In this document: in pieces, positions 26,040-35,683 of the stretch
Numbering within the stretch: position 1 is the stretch's first letter
Layout: each line of letters opens with the position of its first letter
Assembly (NCBI GenBank): GCA_039922495.1
Contig: JBDTEO010000015.1
Location: 844-64,843 of the forward strand
DNA from: Candidatus Dormibacter sp.
GTDB taxonomy: Bacteria > Chloroflexota > Dormibacteria > CF-121
Reading direction: 5' to 3'
DNA length: 64,000 nucleotides
Made by a program: the position numbers and the translations under genes
The notes under the pieces: generated by a model
The model's input: the letters and a program-made list of their open reading frames with translations, nothing else
What the model was told of the DNA's origin: nothing
The model's database searches: none

Positions 26040-27218
26040 ATGGCGAACGTCAAGCTATCGCGCGAAGACCGGGTGATGATGGCGCTTCTCGTTTTTGTTC
26101 CGGCGAGCATCGTGGCGTCAAGGATCGGTGCGCCTGGAGCCCTGCAGTTTTTCCTCTCGGTGGCGGCCGTGATCCCGGCTGCGGCCCTCATCGCCTCCGC
26201 AACGGAGCAGCTGGCGCGGCGGCTCGGCGGACGCACCGGCGGCCTCCTGAACGCGACCTTCGGCAACCTGCCGGACCTGATGATCGGGATCTTCGGCGTG
26301 CAGAAGGGCCTGATCCCGCTTGTGAAGGCCACGCTGGTCGGCGCGCTGATCAGCAATTCCGCCCTGATCATGGGGCTGTGTTTTGTCGCGGCCGGCCTGG
26401 TGCACGGTCGTCCGCGCTTCAACCGGCTCGAGGCGAGTCGCCACAGCATCTTGATGATGCTCGCGGTTGCGGCGATCCTGTTCCCGACCGTCAGTGCGTT
26501 TACGCTGTGTGCGCGAAGCTGCAACGGAGCGCAGATGGCGCAGACGATCCAGAACGTCAGCGTTGGGATCGCGGTTGTCTTACTGGTTGCCTACATCGCC
26601 TACGTGGCGTACGGGATCTTTGGTCTCGAGTCGCTGGGCGGCCGGGCGACCGAGGGCCGCGACACCCGCATCTTCATGGACGCGGCCCGCCAACATCGCC
26701 TGCCGGCGTGGCCCGTCGCCTTCAGCCTGGGCCTCCTGATTCTGATGGCTGTCGCGTTGATCCCCGTGAGCGACATCCTGACCAACGGGGTTGCTGCGGT
26801 CACGAAAGTCTTCGGATGGAGCGAGGTATTCGTCGGGATGATCATCGTCGCGAACGCTGGGAATGTTGCTGAGGGCTATGCGGCGATCAAATTCGCCATC
26901 CGAAAGCCGGCCACCTCGGAGGGGGCCGGCGGTGGCGACTCGGGGCTGGATCTTGCACTCGGGATCGCCTCGGCGTCGTCGATCCAGATCGCGACCTTCA
27001 TCCTGCCGTTGGTGGTGCTCTTTAGCCTGTTCGTGCACCCGATGAACCTCGTCTTCACTTTCGTCGAGGTCTCGATTCTTGCTTTGCTGGTCGTCATCTT
27101 CACCCATACCGCCCAGGATGGGGAAAGCAACTGGCTCGAGGGTGCCCAACTCCTTGTCCTCTATGCAATGGCGGCGGTGGTCTTCTTCGTCCTTCCGACG
27201 TCGGCCTTCGGCGGCTAG
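26040..27218 (+). CDS. Ca2+/cation:proton antiporter (CaCA family, ChaA/CAX-like)
   Basis: GNLPDLMIGIFGVQKG and GNVAEGYAAIKFA alpha-repeat signatures. Start ATG 26040 follows the upstream minus-strand gene end. Confidence 0.8.
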   Translation: MANVKLSREDRVMMALLVFVPASIVASRIGAPGALQFFLSVAAVIPAAALIASATEQLARRLGGRTGGLLNATFGNLPDLMIGIFGVQKGLIPLVKATLVGALISNSALIMGLCFVAAGLVHGRPRFNRLEASRHSILMMLAVAAILFPTVSAFTLCARSCNGAQMAQTIQNVSVGIAVVLLVAYIAYVAYGIFGLESLGGRATEGRDTRIFMDAARQHRLPAWPVAFSLGLLILMAVALIPVSDILTNGVAAVTKVFGWSEVFVGMIIVANAGNVAEGYAAIKFAIRKPATSEGAGGGDSGLDLALGIASASSIQIATFILPLVVLFSLFVHPMNLVFTFVEVSILALLVVIFTHTAQDGESNWLEGAQLLVLYAMAAVVFFVLPTSAFGG

Positions 27219-27291
27219 GAACTTACTGGGCTCGTATCACCCTGGCAAGGACCAGTAAAGCCCCACCAATCGAGGGTACGCGAGGGTGCGT

Positions 27292-29364
27292 TCAGGCGGT
27301 GGGGGCGACGTCGAGATCGGGGATGTCCGCGAGGATCTCTTCGCCGGTATAGGCGGATGCCTGCAGGCGGAACAGGCGAGCGTATCGCCCGTTGAGGCGC
27401 ATCAGCTCCTCGTGGGTGCCTTCCTCGACGAGCTGCCCATGTTCGAGGAAGAGGATCCGGTCGGCGCGGCGAACGGTGGAGAAGCGGTGCGAGATGTAGA
27501 CGGCGGTCCGGCCTGCCGTCAGTGAGCGAAGCCGTTCGAAGAGTTCGTACTCCGCCTGCGCGTCAAGCGCCGAGGTCGGTTCGTCGAGCAGGAGGATCCG
27601 CGCATCACGCATAAAGGCGCGGGCCAGGGCCACCTTCTGCCACTCGCCTCCGGAAAGATTGACCCCGGCATCGAACCACTTGCCCAGCGCCGTGTCGTAT
27701 CCGTGGGGCAAGGTCGCGATCAACTCGTCGGACCCTGCCTGGCGGCTGGCGCGCTCGATCGCCTGGCGGTCGGCGATGTCGCCGAGGTTGCCCAACCCGA
27801 TGTTCTCGGCCGCGGTGGCCTGGTAGGTGACGTAGTCCTGGAACATGCCGCCGATCTGCCCTCGTAGTTCGCCTGGATCGTAGTCGCGGATGTCCACGCC
27901 ATCGACCTGGATCCGGCCTCCGACCGGATCGTAGAGCCGGCAGATCAGCTTGAAGAGGGTCGTCTTCCCCGCGCCGTTCCGCCCGACAATCGCCACCGTT
28001 TCGCCCGGCGCGACGGTGAAGCTCAGGTTCGTGAGAGCCGGGCTCGCGGCGCCCGGGTAGGCAAAGGTCACGTTCTCGAAGCGGATCTCGCCATGCAGCG
28101 GTTTCGGCACCGGCACCGGCTTATCAGGCGCCGGCATCACGGTCTCGATCGCCATCAACTCGAAGAGATTGTTGAGGTACAGGTTGTGCTCGTACATTCC
28201 GGTAAACCCGCCGAGGATGCCCTGGATCGAGCTCTGGACGGACTGCGCCGCGGTGGTGTACAGCGTGAGGTCGCCGAGGGTGAGCCGGCCCGCGATCGCT
28301 TGCAGCGCAACGAAAAGATAGGTCAGTGAGGTCGCGATCGTGCTCAAGTTCCCCCACGCGAAGCCGGTCAAGTAGCGGCGCACAACCTGACTCCGCTGGC
28401 TGCCGTAGTAGGCGTCGGCGATCAGCTTGTACCGCCGGATGAAGTAGCGGCCGAGTCCGAACAACTTCACCTCTTTCGCATAGCTATCCGTCGTGACCAG
28501 GGTCACGAGGTAGTTCATTCGGCGCAGGAGCCGGGATCCCCAGCGCGCGATGTTGTAACCTCGCCAGCCGTAGCGAGTGTCGGCAATGAAGGCGGGGATC
28601 GGTGAGACCAGGGCGATCAGGGCCAGCAGCGGACTGACCAGGACCAGCAGGGCGATCATGGTGGCGAAGGTGAGGGCGGTCTGGACCAGACCAAAGGCGG
28701 TCGAGATCATCAGGACTGGCCGGTTGATAGAGTCGGTCTGCGCTCGCCGGAGCAGATCGTATGAGGCGGCGTCCTCGTAAAAGGCCAGGTCGAGCGTGGC
28801 CGCCTTCTCCATCACCATCAACTGGATCCGCATCGAGACGGAGTTCTGAAGGAGTTGCTGCGTGATGTTGCGCATCGTCCCCAGAAACGCGGTCAGCGCG
28901 AAGATCAGCAATTGCAGGACGGCCAGGAAGATGATGCCGTTGATGGTGGTGAAGACGGGGGTGTGCAGGGGTCCGAAGTCGAACTGGGCGCGATCCGCCA
29001 GGTGAAAGCGACTGACCGCAATCCCCTGGACGACGGCGTTGATCAGCAGCTTGGCGGTGTAGGCGGAGATCGCCGGGATGACCCCGGCGATGACCGTGGT
29101 GGCGAAAAGGATGGTCGTTACGCCGCGGTCCGCCTCCCAGACTAAGCGGATGACGCGGGGCAGGGCCGCGGCGGTCCCGCGGACCGACTGCTGGAGGTTG
29201 CGCCAGCGGCTCCGCAGATCCTTCGCGCCCTCCTGCTCCGGTGGGCCCTCGATGATCGGGTCGCCGGTGAGGCCGCTGTTCGCCGGGCCGTCATCCGCGC
29301 GCTGGGCGCGCGAGCGGGCCCACCAGCCGAACATAGATGGGCCGCCATGGCCCGGGGGCATCAT
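27292..29364 (-). CDS. ABC exporter, fused permease-ATPase (type I exporter, MsbA/multidrug-like)
   Basis: 6-TM domain; Walker A GRNGAGKTTL; signature LSGGEWQKVALARA; Walker B ILLLDEPTSALD. Confidence 0.85.
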   Translation of the reverse strand: MMPPGHGGPSMFGWWARSRAQRADDGPANSGLTGDPIIEGPPEQEGAKDLRSRWRNLQQSVRGTAAALPRVIRLVWEADRGVTTILFATTVIAGVIPAISAYTAKLLINAVVQGIAVSRFHLADRAQFDFGPLHTPVFTTINGIIFLAVLQLLIFALTAFLGTMRNITQQLLQNSVSMRIQLMVMEKAATLDLAFYEDAASYDLLRRAQTDSINRPVLMISTAFGLVQTALTFATMIALLVLVSPLLALIALVSPIPAFIADTRYGWRGYNIARWGSRLLRRMNYLVTLVTTDSYAKEVKLFGLGRYFIRRYKLIADAYYGSQRSQVVRRYLTGFAWGNLSTIATSLTYLFVALQAIAGRLTLGDLTLYTTAAQSVQSSIQGILGGFTGMYEHNLYLNNLFELMAIETVMPAPDKPVPVPKPLHGEIRFENVTFAYPGAASPALTNLSFTVAPGETVAIVGRNGAGKTTLFKLICRLYDPVGGRIQVDGVDIRDYDPGELRGQIGGMFQDYVTYQATAAENIGLGNLGDIADRQAIERASRQAGSDELIATLPHGYDTALGKWFDAGVNLSGGEWQKVALARAFMRDARILLLDEPTSALDAQAEYELFERLRSLTAGRTAVYISHRFSTVRRADRILFLEHGQLVEEGTHEELMRLNGRYARLFRLQASAYTGEEILADIPDLDVAPTA

Positions 29365-29445
29365 GCGGAACGCTCTACCCAGATTGGCCGAAAGGCAAGC
29401 GGACGAGATTCCATCAGCGAAGCTTAGCCGGGTAACCGGCGGAGG

Positions 29446-30408
29446 TCAGCGACCGGCGAGACGCTCGACGACCGGGGCAAACTCCCTGAACTCGTTGCCG
29501 ACAAAGATGTAGGAGATGCCGTGGCGTTCGCGGATCTGCTCGCATTTCTCGACCAGGCCGTCGATCGAGCCGATGAAGACATGCGGCGACTCGAGGATCT
29601 CATCCTCGGTGAGGCCGGCATCGTATCGCTGGTTCAGCCGGTCGGCAACTTGGCGCGCTACCGGACGCGGCTTGTCGGTGATGGTGACCGGATGAAACGT
29701 CGGGTACGTATTGATCTCGAGGGAGGCGAAGCGGTTGCCGGCCGCTGCCCGGACCCAGTCGATCTTCTTGTGGGTGCCCTCGGTCATGCAGCCGCGGACG
29801 TCCGAGACACCCGGACGGATGGCGCGGGGCGCCAGCCCGATGATGTCAGCTTCACGCGCCGCGAAGGAGAGGGTCTTTACGCCGCCACCGCCGATCATCA
29901 GTGGCGGATGCGGTCGCTGGAGCGGACGGGGCAGGTCGGCGAAGCCGTTGATTCTGTAGTGACGGCCGCTAAAGGCCACCGGTCCGTCGGCAAACAGGCT
30001 TTTCAGCACGCTGACCGATTCGCTCATCCGCTCGATCCGGGTGCCCGAGCTGTCAAAGGCAATGCCGGCCCGATCGTACTCGGGCCGGTTCCAGCCCGCG
30101 CCGATGCCAATTTCGAGGCGGCCGTCGCTCAATTGATCGAGGGTCGCGAGCTCCTGAGCGAGGACCACCGGGTGCCGAAGGTCGTTGTTCAGGACGAACA
30201 TGCCGACGCGGAGCCTGCTGGTCACGCCCGCGGCGACGCCGAGGGCCGAAAACGGCGCGAACTGATCGACCAGGTGATCGGAAAGCAGCAGGCTGGAATA
30301 GCCGAGGGCTTCGATCTCCTTTGCGCTGTCGATAAAGGCCTGGCGCGGCAGGAGATCAGGCATGCCCGCGCCAAATCGAAAGGGCTTTTTGGCGATCGAC
30401 GCCGTCAC
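29446..30408 (-). CDS. LLM-class flavin (probably F420)-dependent oxidoreductase (PFRFGV-type family)
   Basis: KPFRFGAGM N-terminus characteristic of the F420-dependent TIGR03621-like LLM family. Start assumed at the V codon near 30408. Confidence 0.7.
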   Translation of the reverse strand: MTASIAKKPFRFGAGMPDLLPRQAFIDSAKEIEALGYSSLLLSDHLVDQFAPFSALGVAAGVTSRLRVGMFVLNNDLRHPVVLAQELATLDQLSDGRLEIGIGAGWNRPEYDRAGIAFDSSGTRIERMSESVSVLKSLFADGPVAFSGRHYRINGFADLPRPLQRPHPPLMIGGGGVKTLSFAAREADIIGLAPRAIRPGVSDVRGCMTEGTHKKIDWVRAAAGNRFASLEINTYPTFHPVTITDKPRPVARQVADRLNQRYDAGLTEDEILESPHVFIGSIDGLVEKCEQIRERHGISYIFVGNEFREFAPVVERLAGR

Positions 30409-30421
30409 GCCTGGAGCGGGA

Positions 30422-30796
30422 TCAGGCAGCCGGTGCGGGCGGCGTCGTCGGCGTCGTCGCCGTTGGGGGAGTGGCCGGCGGGTGCGCCGCATTCGGATTG
30501 GCCGGCCGCGCATATGGCGAGCGGCTCGGGCTTTCCTTGCTCGTCAACCGAGCGACGTCGACCTCATCGCCAGCGTACTTCGTGATGCGGTCGAGGTTCT
30601 CGAGCGGAACAAAGACGCGGTCACCACTGGCGTAATCAAGTTGCAAGTACTGGCCGTTGGCGTCGCCCATCGCGCGCATGCCGGAAAAACGGCCCAGGCC
30701 ATGGGTCGCATGGACGACGAGATCACCGGGCTTGAAGGGAACCTGATTCGCTTTGGTCACGGCATCTTTTTCCAGTTGGTTTGCTCCTTTATGCAT
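30422..30796 (-). CDS. standalone CarD_CdnL_TRCF (RNAP-interacting) domain protein with a Pro/Thr-rich tail
   Basis: KPGDLVVHATHGLGRFSGM...QYLQLDYASGDRVFVPLENLDRITKY matches the TRCF/CarD N-terminal domain. Confidence 0.55.
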   Translation of the reverse strand: MHKGANQLEKDAVTKANQVPFKPGDLVVHATHGLGRFSGMRAMGDANGQYLQLDYASGDRVFVPLENLDRITKYAGDEVDVARLTSKESPSRSPYARPANPNAAHPPATPPTATTPTTPPAPAA

Positions 30797-31014
30797 CGAC
30801 TCGCGTTGCCCAACCGCGTACGGCCGGGCCGAGGCCCAGGTGACTCTATCTCTATAACGTTCGCCGAGTCCAAATGGTTCGGCCGGGTCGAGAGGTGAGT
30901 GAGCGACCGGTTCGCTCAGCTGGGCTCGATCATCCTACTGGTTTGCTCGCCCGGCACGCCGAATCCGATCTGCAACGCTGCCACGAGCCTTGCTGCGCGC
31001 GCAACTTGTCAGGC

Positions 31015-31043
31015 TTGCTTTTCCGGGCTGCCGTCAATATAAT
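31015..31043 (+). promoter_or_regulatory. near-consensus sigma70/SigA-type promoter (TTGCTT-17-TATAAT) for glsB-like gene
   Basis: TTGCTT at 31015-31020, 17-nt spacer, TATAAT at 31038-31043, GGAGG RBS at 31069-31073, ATG at 31080. Confidence 0.45.
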
Positions 31044-31079
31044 GTGATAGTCGCGTTACCAAATTAGTGGAGGTCTAAT

Positions 31080-31370
31080 ATGTCGCTTACGCATCTCTTG
31101 GTTCTTTTAATTGTCGGCGCGCTGGCGGGCCTGATCGGGGAGCGACTGGTCGGCAGCGGAATGCCCGCCGGCTTGATCGGGGCGATCGTTGCCGGACTGG
31201 TCGGTGCCTGGCTCATGGTCGACGTGCTTCACGTGGTCATCGCCCCGGAGCTGTCGCTGGCCGGGATTCCGATCATCTCGGCAATCCTCGGCGCCGCAAT
31301 CGTCGTCCTGATTGTCAGCTTCGCTATGGGTGGCGGCCGCTTCGGCAGCCGGGGCGCTCGCCGCTACTAG
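31080..31370 (+). CDS. GlsB/YeaQ/YmgE-family transglycosylase-associated stress membrane protein
   Basis: 96 aa, three Gly-zipper TM helices (GALAGLIGERLVG, GLIGAIVAGLVGAWL). Confidence 0.75.
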   Translation: MSLTHLLVLLIVGALAGLIGERLVGSGMPAGLIGAIVAGLVGAWLMVDVLHVVIAPELSLAGIPIISAILGAAIVVLIVSFAMGGGRFGSRGARRY

Positions 31371-31382
31371 GCCGACCTCTCT

Positions 31383-31425
31383 GACGGACCCGGCTCCCGC
31401 GGACGGGGGCCGGGTCGTTTCATGT
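31383..31425 (+). terminator. hairpin downstream of glsB-like gene (8-bp stem GACCCGGC/GCCGGGTC) followed by a T-rich stretch
   Basis: Read directly from the sequence. Confidence 0.3.
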
Positions 31426-31458
31426 TGGTTAGTTGGCACCGATTGGTCGAGGTCGTAT

Positions 31459-31698
31459 ATGAACCTCCTGCTCGAACGGGCGATGCACCCCTACGAAATG
31501 AAGATCACGATGAAGCAGCGAAGGCCACAACGAGGTGATCAAGCTCAAGGGGGCCTCCGTCTATGACACCGTCGAGCGGCTCGAGCACGGCGGCTTCATC
31601 CAGCCCCAGGAGACAAGTCGCGAGGGGCGCCGGCCGGAGCGCACCGTCTATGCCCTGACGGTGGCAGAAACCGTTCACAACCGACGGGAACATGAGTA
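31459..31698 (+). pseudogene. PadR-family transcriptional regulator interrupted by a frameshift
   Basis: N-terminal frame reads MNLLLERAMHPYEMKITMKQ... and stops 15 codons later. The +1 frame continues ...EGHNEVIKLKGASVYDTVERLEHGGFIQPQETSREGRRPERTVYALTVAETV (classic PadR wing and helix). Confidence 0.6.
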
Positions 31699-32074
31699 GG
31701 AGGGATTCGACATCATGGTGACGATGGGTTCAGCCAAGCTGCGAGCAGCGGACTCGAAGTCGGACGCGGACAGACCGGCGGAAGCGCGTGCACCTGCCGC
31801 CTGGCGTTCCGGCGCAAGTCGCACAACAGGTCCGGCAGATCGCCGAGGCCGTCTTCACGCACGCCTTCGTCAATGCAATGAAACCGACGCTGGTCCCCCC
31901 ATCGTGATCGTCATCGCCGCGGCTATCGCGTGTTTCGCCGTGAAGACCCGGGGCGGCGTCGGCGCGCAGACCGGTACGCCCGCACAGGAACAGCCGGCAT
32001 CCGTTGCATAGAGACCTGTAACCGCGGGGCGAAGGAACTGACAACAGTTCTTACGCGCGCCCCAAGGAGGTCTC

Positions 32075-32695
32075 ATGAAACGATTGATCGTGACGTCGCT
32101 GGCTGCCTTTGCACTTGCGGCCTGCGGGCAGGCGACGAGTGCCAGTGTCCCGTCCGCGTCACCACGTCTGGCGAATGCGGTCATCAACGTTGCCACCAAT
32201 CCATCACTCGGGTCGGTGCTCGCGACTGACGGCGGTCGCACGCTCTACTATTTCACGCCAGAGCGCGGTGGCACGATCGCCTGCACGGGAAGCTGCGCCC
32301 AGGCCTGGGTGCCATTCCTTTCGCCATCAGGATTGCTCACGACCCGCAGCGCGTTGCCGGGGACGCTGGCGACGATCCACAGGCCCGAGGGCGTGCAGGT
32401 CACCTACAGCGAGTGGCCGCTCTACACCTTCGCCGGTGACCAGGCCCCCGGTGACGCGCATGGGCAGGGCGTGCTCGGCCAGTGGTTCGTAGCCACGACT
32501 ACTCTGACCGACGCGCCAATTAGCACACCGACGCCCAGTCCCGTACCACCGGCTCCGACGCGTGCACCCGTGGCCGTCCCGCCGGCGCCATCACGGCCGG
32601 CACCGGCACCAACCAGCTGCATCCCGGGAATGAACGGCGGCGACCACGATGGCGACAACAACGGTGGACCGAGCGACCTTGACGGGTGTAAGTAG
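32075..32695 (+). CDS. secreted lipoprotein with tandem Y-x-F-x-x-D 'secreted repeat' (COG4315-like)
   Basis: Lipobox LAAC; repeats TLYYFTPERGG...CTGSCAQAWVPF and PLYTFAGDQAPGDAHGQG; Pro-rich C-terminal tail. Confidence 0.65.
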   Translation: MKRLIVTSLAAFALAACGQATSASVPSASPRLANAVINVATNPSLGSVLATDGGRTLYYFTPERGGTIACTGSCAQAWVPFLSPSGLLTTRSALPGTLATIHRPEGVQVTYSEWPLYTFAGDQAPGDAHGQGVLGQWFVATTTLTDAPISTPTPSPVPPAPTRAPVAVPPAPSRPAPAPTSCIPGMNGGDHDGDNNGGPSDLDGCK

Positions 32696-32704
32696 GGCGA
32701 ACTC

Positions 32705-33910
32705 CTAGCCTCGGCAGGCGGCTGGCGGTTGCATCGCCGCAACCCCGGTTGGATCGCCGAGATAGGCTCCGTTCGAATCCACGACGAAGGCTTCTGGCTG
32801 CGTCTCCGGGGATGTGGCGCGGGTCGCACCGGTTCCCGGATCCGCGCAGGTGAGCTGCTGCGCCATGCCGTCGATCAGCCAGAGCGCACCAACGCCGACG
32901 ATGGCGTGAATCGTGTTGGAGGTGCGGAGTGAATTTCCCGTTGCCGTGAGGTTGACGGCGCTCCGATGCTCGACGGCACCCATCGTGCCGGTCGCGTAGC
33001 TAACCCAGACTCCGTCAGGGGCACCCGCCACGTGGGGGCCGCCGAGTCCCCGCCCACCGGTTTCTGCGGATGCGAGAGTCGCGCCGGTTGAGGCGTCGAG
33101 CGCCAGGATCCGATCCTGCCCATTTGCGTTGGACGGAACCTCGATGCCCACGTACAGTCGCTGGCCCGTGGGGTCAAGCGAGATGCTGACGGCTGTGCCC
33201 GGAAGGGCCTGGTTGAGCAGCGGATTGCCGGTGTTCGGGTCGAGACGATAGACGTGATTGCCATACCCCAGCCACAACAGGCTGGCGTTGGCATCGAGTT
33301 GGGGACCGGCGTTGGCGTCGGAGCCGGGTTGGCCGGGAAGCGGCGCCTGCCGTTTGACCTGCAACGTGCCGGCGTCGAAGAGGGTCAGTGAGGTCGAGTT
33401 GGCCGGCGCCGGGGCGGTGCCAGGCCCGGCAGCAACCCAGATTCCCGCACTCGTCTCAGCGATCCCGCTCGCGTTCGCCGGGGCGGTGGCACTGGTCACG
33501 GCACCCGACGAGCGATCGATGCGGCTCAGCTTCGCCTGCCCGAGGGCAAAGACCCTCGAGGCGTCCAGTGCCATCTCGTTGACCGCGCCGACCGCGAACC
33601 GCTGGGTCACCCAATTGGGCCCCGCGGATGGAGGCGGCGTAGGCGTCGCGCTCGGCGTGGGTGACGCCGAGGCGCTCGCCGTCGGGGAGGTGGCAACGAC
33701 CGGGTGGTTGCGGTTGTCTCGCGCGATCCGGATGCCGACCGTGACGGACAGCACCACCACCGCAAGGGCCGCGCTGGCCAGAACCGGCTGGATCCAGCGG
33801 CCACGTTGCGGGCCCGGCACCACCCAGGGCGGCGGGGTCGCGGAAATTTCGCGCTTGGCCGACTCATAGAAGCGAGTCAGGCGCTGCACCAGTTGTTCCT
33901 CGTGGTTCAT
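32705..33910 (-). CDS. anti-sigma factor-like membrane protein (cytoplasmic N-domain, 1 TM, extracytoplasmic beta-propeller-like domain)
   Basis: ATGA overlap with the upstream ECF sigma gene. N-terminal domain then TM (VLASAALAVVVLSVTV), then a PT-rich linker and repeat-containing ectodomain. Confidence 0.6.
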   Translation of the reverse strand: MNHEEQLVQRLTRFYESAKREISATPPPWVVPGPQRGRWIQPVLASAALAVVVLSVTVGIRIARDNRNHPVVATSPTASASASPTPSATPTPPPSAGPNWVTQRFAVGAVNEMALDASRVFALGQAKLSRIDRSSGAVTSATAPANASGIAETSAGIWVAAGPGTAPAPANSTSLTLFDAGTLQVKRQAPLPGQPGSDANAGPQLDANASLLWLGYGNHVYRLDPNTGNPLLNQALPGTAVSISLDPTGQRLYVGIEVPSNANGQDRILALDASTGATLASAETGGRGLGGPHVAGAPDGVWVSYATGTMGAVEHRSAVNLTATGNSLRTSNTIHAIVGVGALWLIDGMAQQLTCADPGTGATRATSPETQPEAFVVDSNGAYLGDPTGVAAMQPPAACRG

Positions 33911-34431
33911 GACGACTTCTCCATTGCCGGAGCTGGCCGGCTGCCGATTTCACGCTGCAGACGGGCGAGAGCGCGATGGACCCAGGTCTTCACGGTCGGC
34001 TCCGGCCGGCCGACGATGTGGCCGATCTCGGGGAAGCTCAGGCCCTGCTCAAACCGGAGGGCGAGCACCGCGCGGTCACGGCGGGACAGTCGTTGGAGGG
34101 CGCGCCGCATCGCCTCACGCTCGAGGTGATCAATCGCCGCCGTCGCCGGGTCCGGCATCGGAGCCTCGGGCTGCCGGTGGCGGAGCGCCGTCAGCAACGA
34201 GCGGCGATGGTCGAGGGCGAGATTGATGGCGACGCGCATCAACCACGCCTTCTCGTTGGCGTGCTCGCCGAGTCGATCTCGATGCTGCCAGAGGCGAAGA
34301 AAGGCTTCATGGGTGATCTCCTGCGCGATATCTCGATCCAGGATCACGAGATAGACCGTTCGGACGACAAGCGGAAACAACCCGGTGTAGAGCGCCTCGA
34401 ACGCTCGGCTGTCGCCGCCGTCTTCTGTCAC
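33907..34431 (-). CDS. ECF (sigma-70 family) RNA polymerase sigma factor
   Basis: Region 2 (EITHEAFLRLW) and region 4 (LSFPEIGHIVGRPEPTVKTWVHRAL) motifs. Confidence 0.85.
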   Translation of the reverse strand: MTEDGGDSRAFEALYTGLFPLVVRTVYLVILDRDIAQEITHEAFLRLWQHRDRLGEHANEKAWLMRVAINLALDHRRSLLTALRHRQPEAPMPDPATAAIDHLEREAMRRALQRLSRRDRAVLALRFEQGLSFPEIGHIVGRPEPTVKTWVHRALARLQREIGSRPAPAMEKSS

Positions 34432-34645
34432 GACATCTCCAAATCCCGAGATTCAGCTACACAACGGCCACGGTAGGCGATCGTTTCACGTCGGATTGGC
34501 GGGTGCCTTACTGCAGGTTGTCGCGGCGCCGGGTCAGGATGCACAACGGCCACGAGGGCCAGGGCGTACGCGCCGATCACCACGAGGGCGTGCGTTCCGT
34601 CCACGGGGACCAACGGGCGCCTGACCGGTCAGCAGCCCGAGGAGC

Positions 34646-35683
34646 TTATGGCGAGGGGGATGGCCGCGGAGGGACGCCCAGGACCGCGAAGCCGTAATCG
34701 AGCACCATGGACATTTCGTGATAGACCGAAGGCGAGCCGAAGACGACCGCCAGGATGCGGTGGCCGCCACGGCTCGCGGTGGTGATCAGGCAGCCGCCGG
34801 CCAGCTCGGTCCACCCGGTCTTCAGGCCGTACACGCCCGGGTAGAGCTGCATCATTTTGTCGATGTTGACCATGGCGAAGGTCCTATGCGTCGCCGTCGC
34901 GGGGATGGTCATCGCCGGGATCGCCGCGATCGCCGTCAGCGCGGGGTAGTGATATTCGAGATAGGTCGCCGCGACCGACAAATCGTGGGCGGTGGTCGTG
35001 TAACCGGCGGCGTCAAGGCCAGTGGGGTTGGCGAAATGTGTGTTGCGCAGGCCGAGCCGAGCTGCCTTCGCGTTCATAACAGCAATGAAGGCGTCACGCG
35101 ACGTGACCGCGGAGGCCAGCGTCTCGGCGGCATCGTTGCCAGATCGCAGGAAGACGCCGTCGAGCAGTTCGCGCACGCTGAGCCGTTCGCCGGGCGTCAG
35201 CCCCATCACCGTCGAGTCCCAGGGCAGTTGCTTGATCGAGGCCGGGACGGTGACCTGGGTATCGAGCCGCATCAGGTCCAGCGCCACCATCGCGGTAAAG
35301 ATCTTCGCCAGGCTGGCGGGCGCCCAGGGCTGGGTCGCGCCGGATTGCCAGAGGTAGCGGCCGGTGTCGAGGTTGAGCACGGCCACCTCGTGGGCACTGA
35401 TCACCGGAAGGGGGACCACGGGCGCGGGCGGATGGTGCACCGCGCTTGCCGCCGGGCGGGCCGTCGGGGCCGCGGTCGCGGCCGGCGTGGGTGTCGGGGT
35501 GGTTGGTTCGACCGGCAAGCGCTCGGGTTTCCACTCGACGTCGTTGGCATTGACATTGCCGGCCAGGATCGTGCCGGCGCTGACGCGTGGTGCTGAACGC
35601 TGGCTGAGAACGAGGCCAAAGGCGCCGGCCAGGATGGCCATGGCAAGCAGCAAGGGACCGATGCGTCGAATCCGACGTCTCAT
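34646..35683 (-). CDS. D-alanyl-D-alanine carboxypeptidase (serine peptidase S11, PBP5/6-like)
   Basis: SLAKIFT (SxxK), SGN and KTG motifs; signal peptide or N-terminal anchor. Confidence 0.8.
   Translation of the reverse strand: MRRRIRRIGPLLLAMAILAGAFGLVLSQRSAPRVSAGTILAGNVNANDVEWKPERLPVEPTTPTPTPAATAAPTARPAASAVHHPPAPVVPLPVISAHEVAVLNLDTGRYLWQSGATQPWAPASLAKIFTAMVALDLMRLDTQVTVPASIKQLPWDSTVMGLTPGERLSVRELLDGVFLRSGNDAAETLASAVTSRDAFIAVMNAKAARLGLRNTHFANPTGLDAAGYTTTAHDLSVAATYLEYHYPALTAIAAIPAMTIPATATHRTFAMVNIDKMMQLYPGVYGLKTGWTELAGGCLITTASRGGHRILAVVFGSPSVYHEMSMVLDYGFAVLGVPPRPSPSP

Noticed and set aside
31715-32011. 98-aa ORF MVTMGSAKLRAADSKSD... as a genuine single-frame gene.
   Set aside because: The first 55 residues are low-complexity Arg/Ala, typical of a wrong frame. 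The protein-like signal is split between two frames around a C6 run. It is reported only as a possible frameshifted gene.
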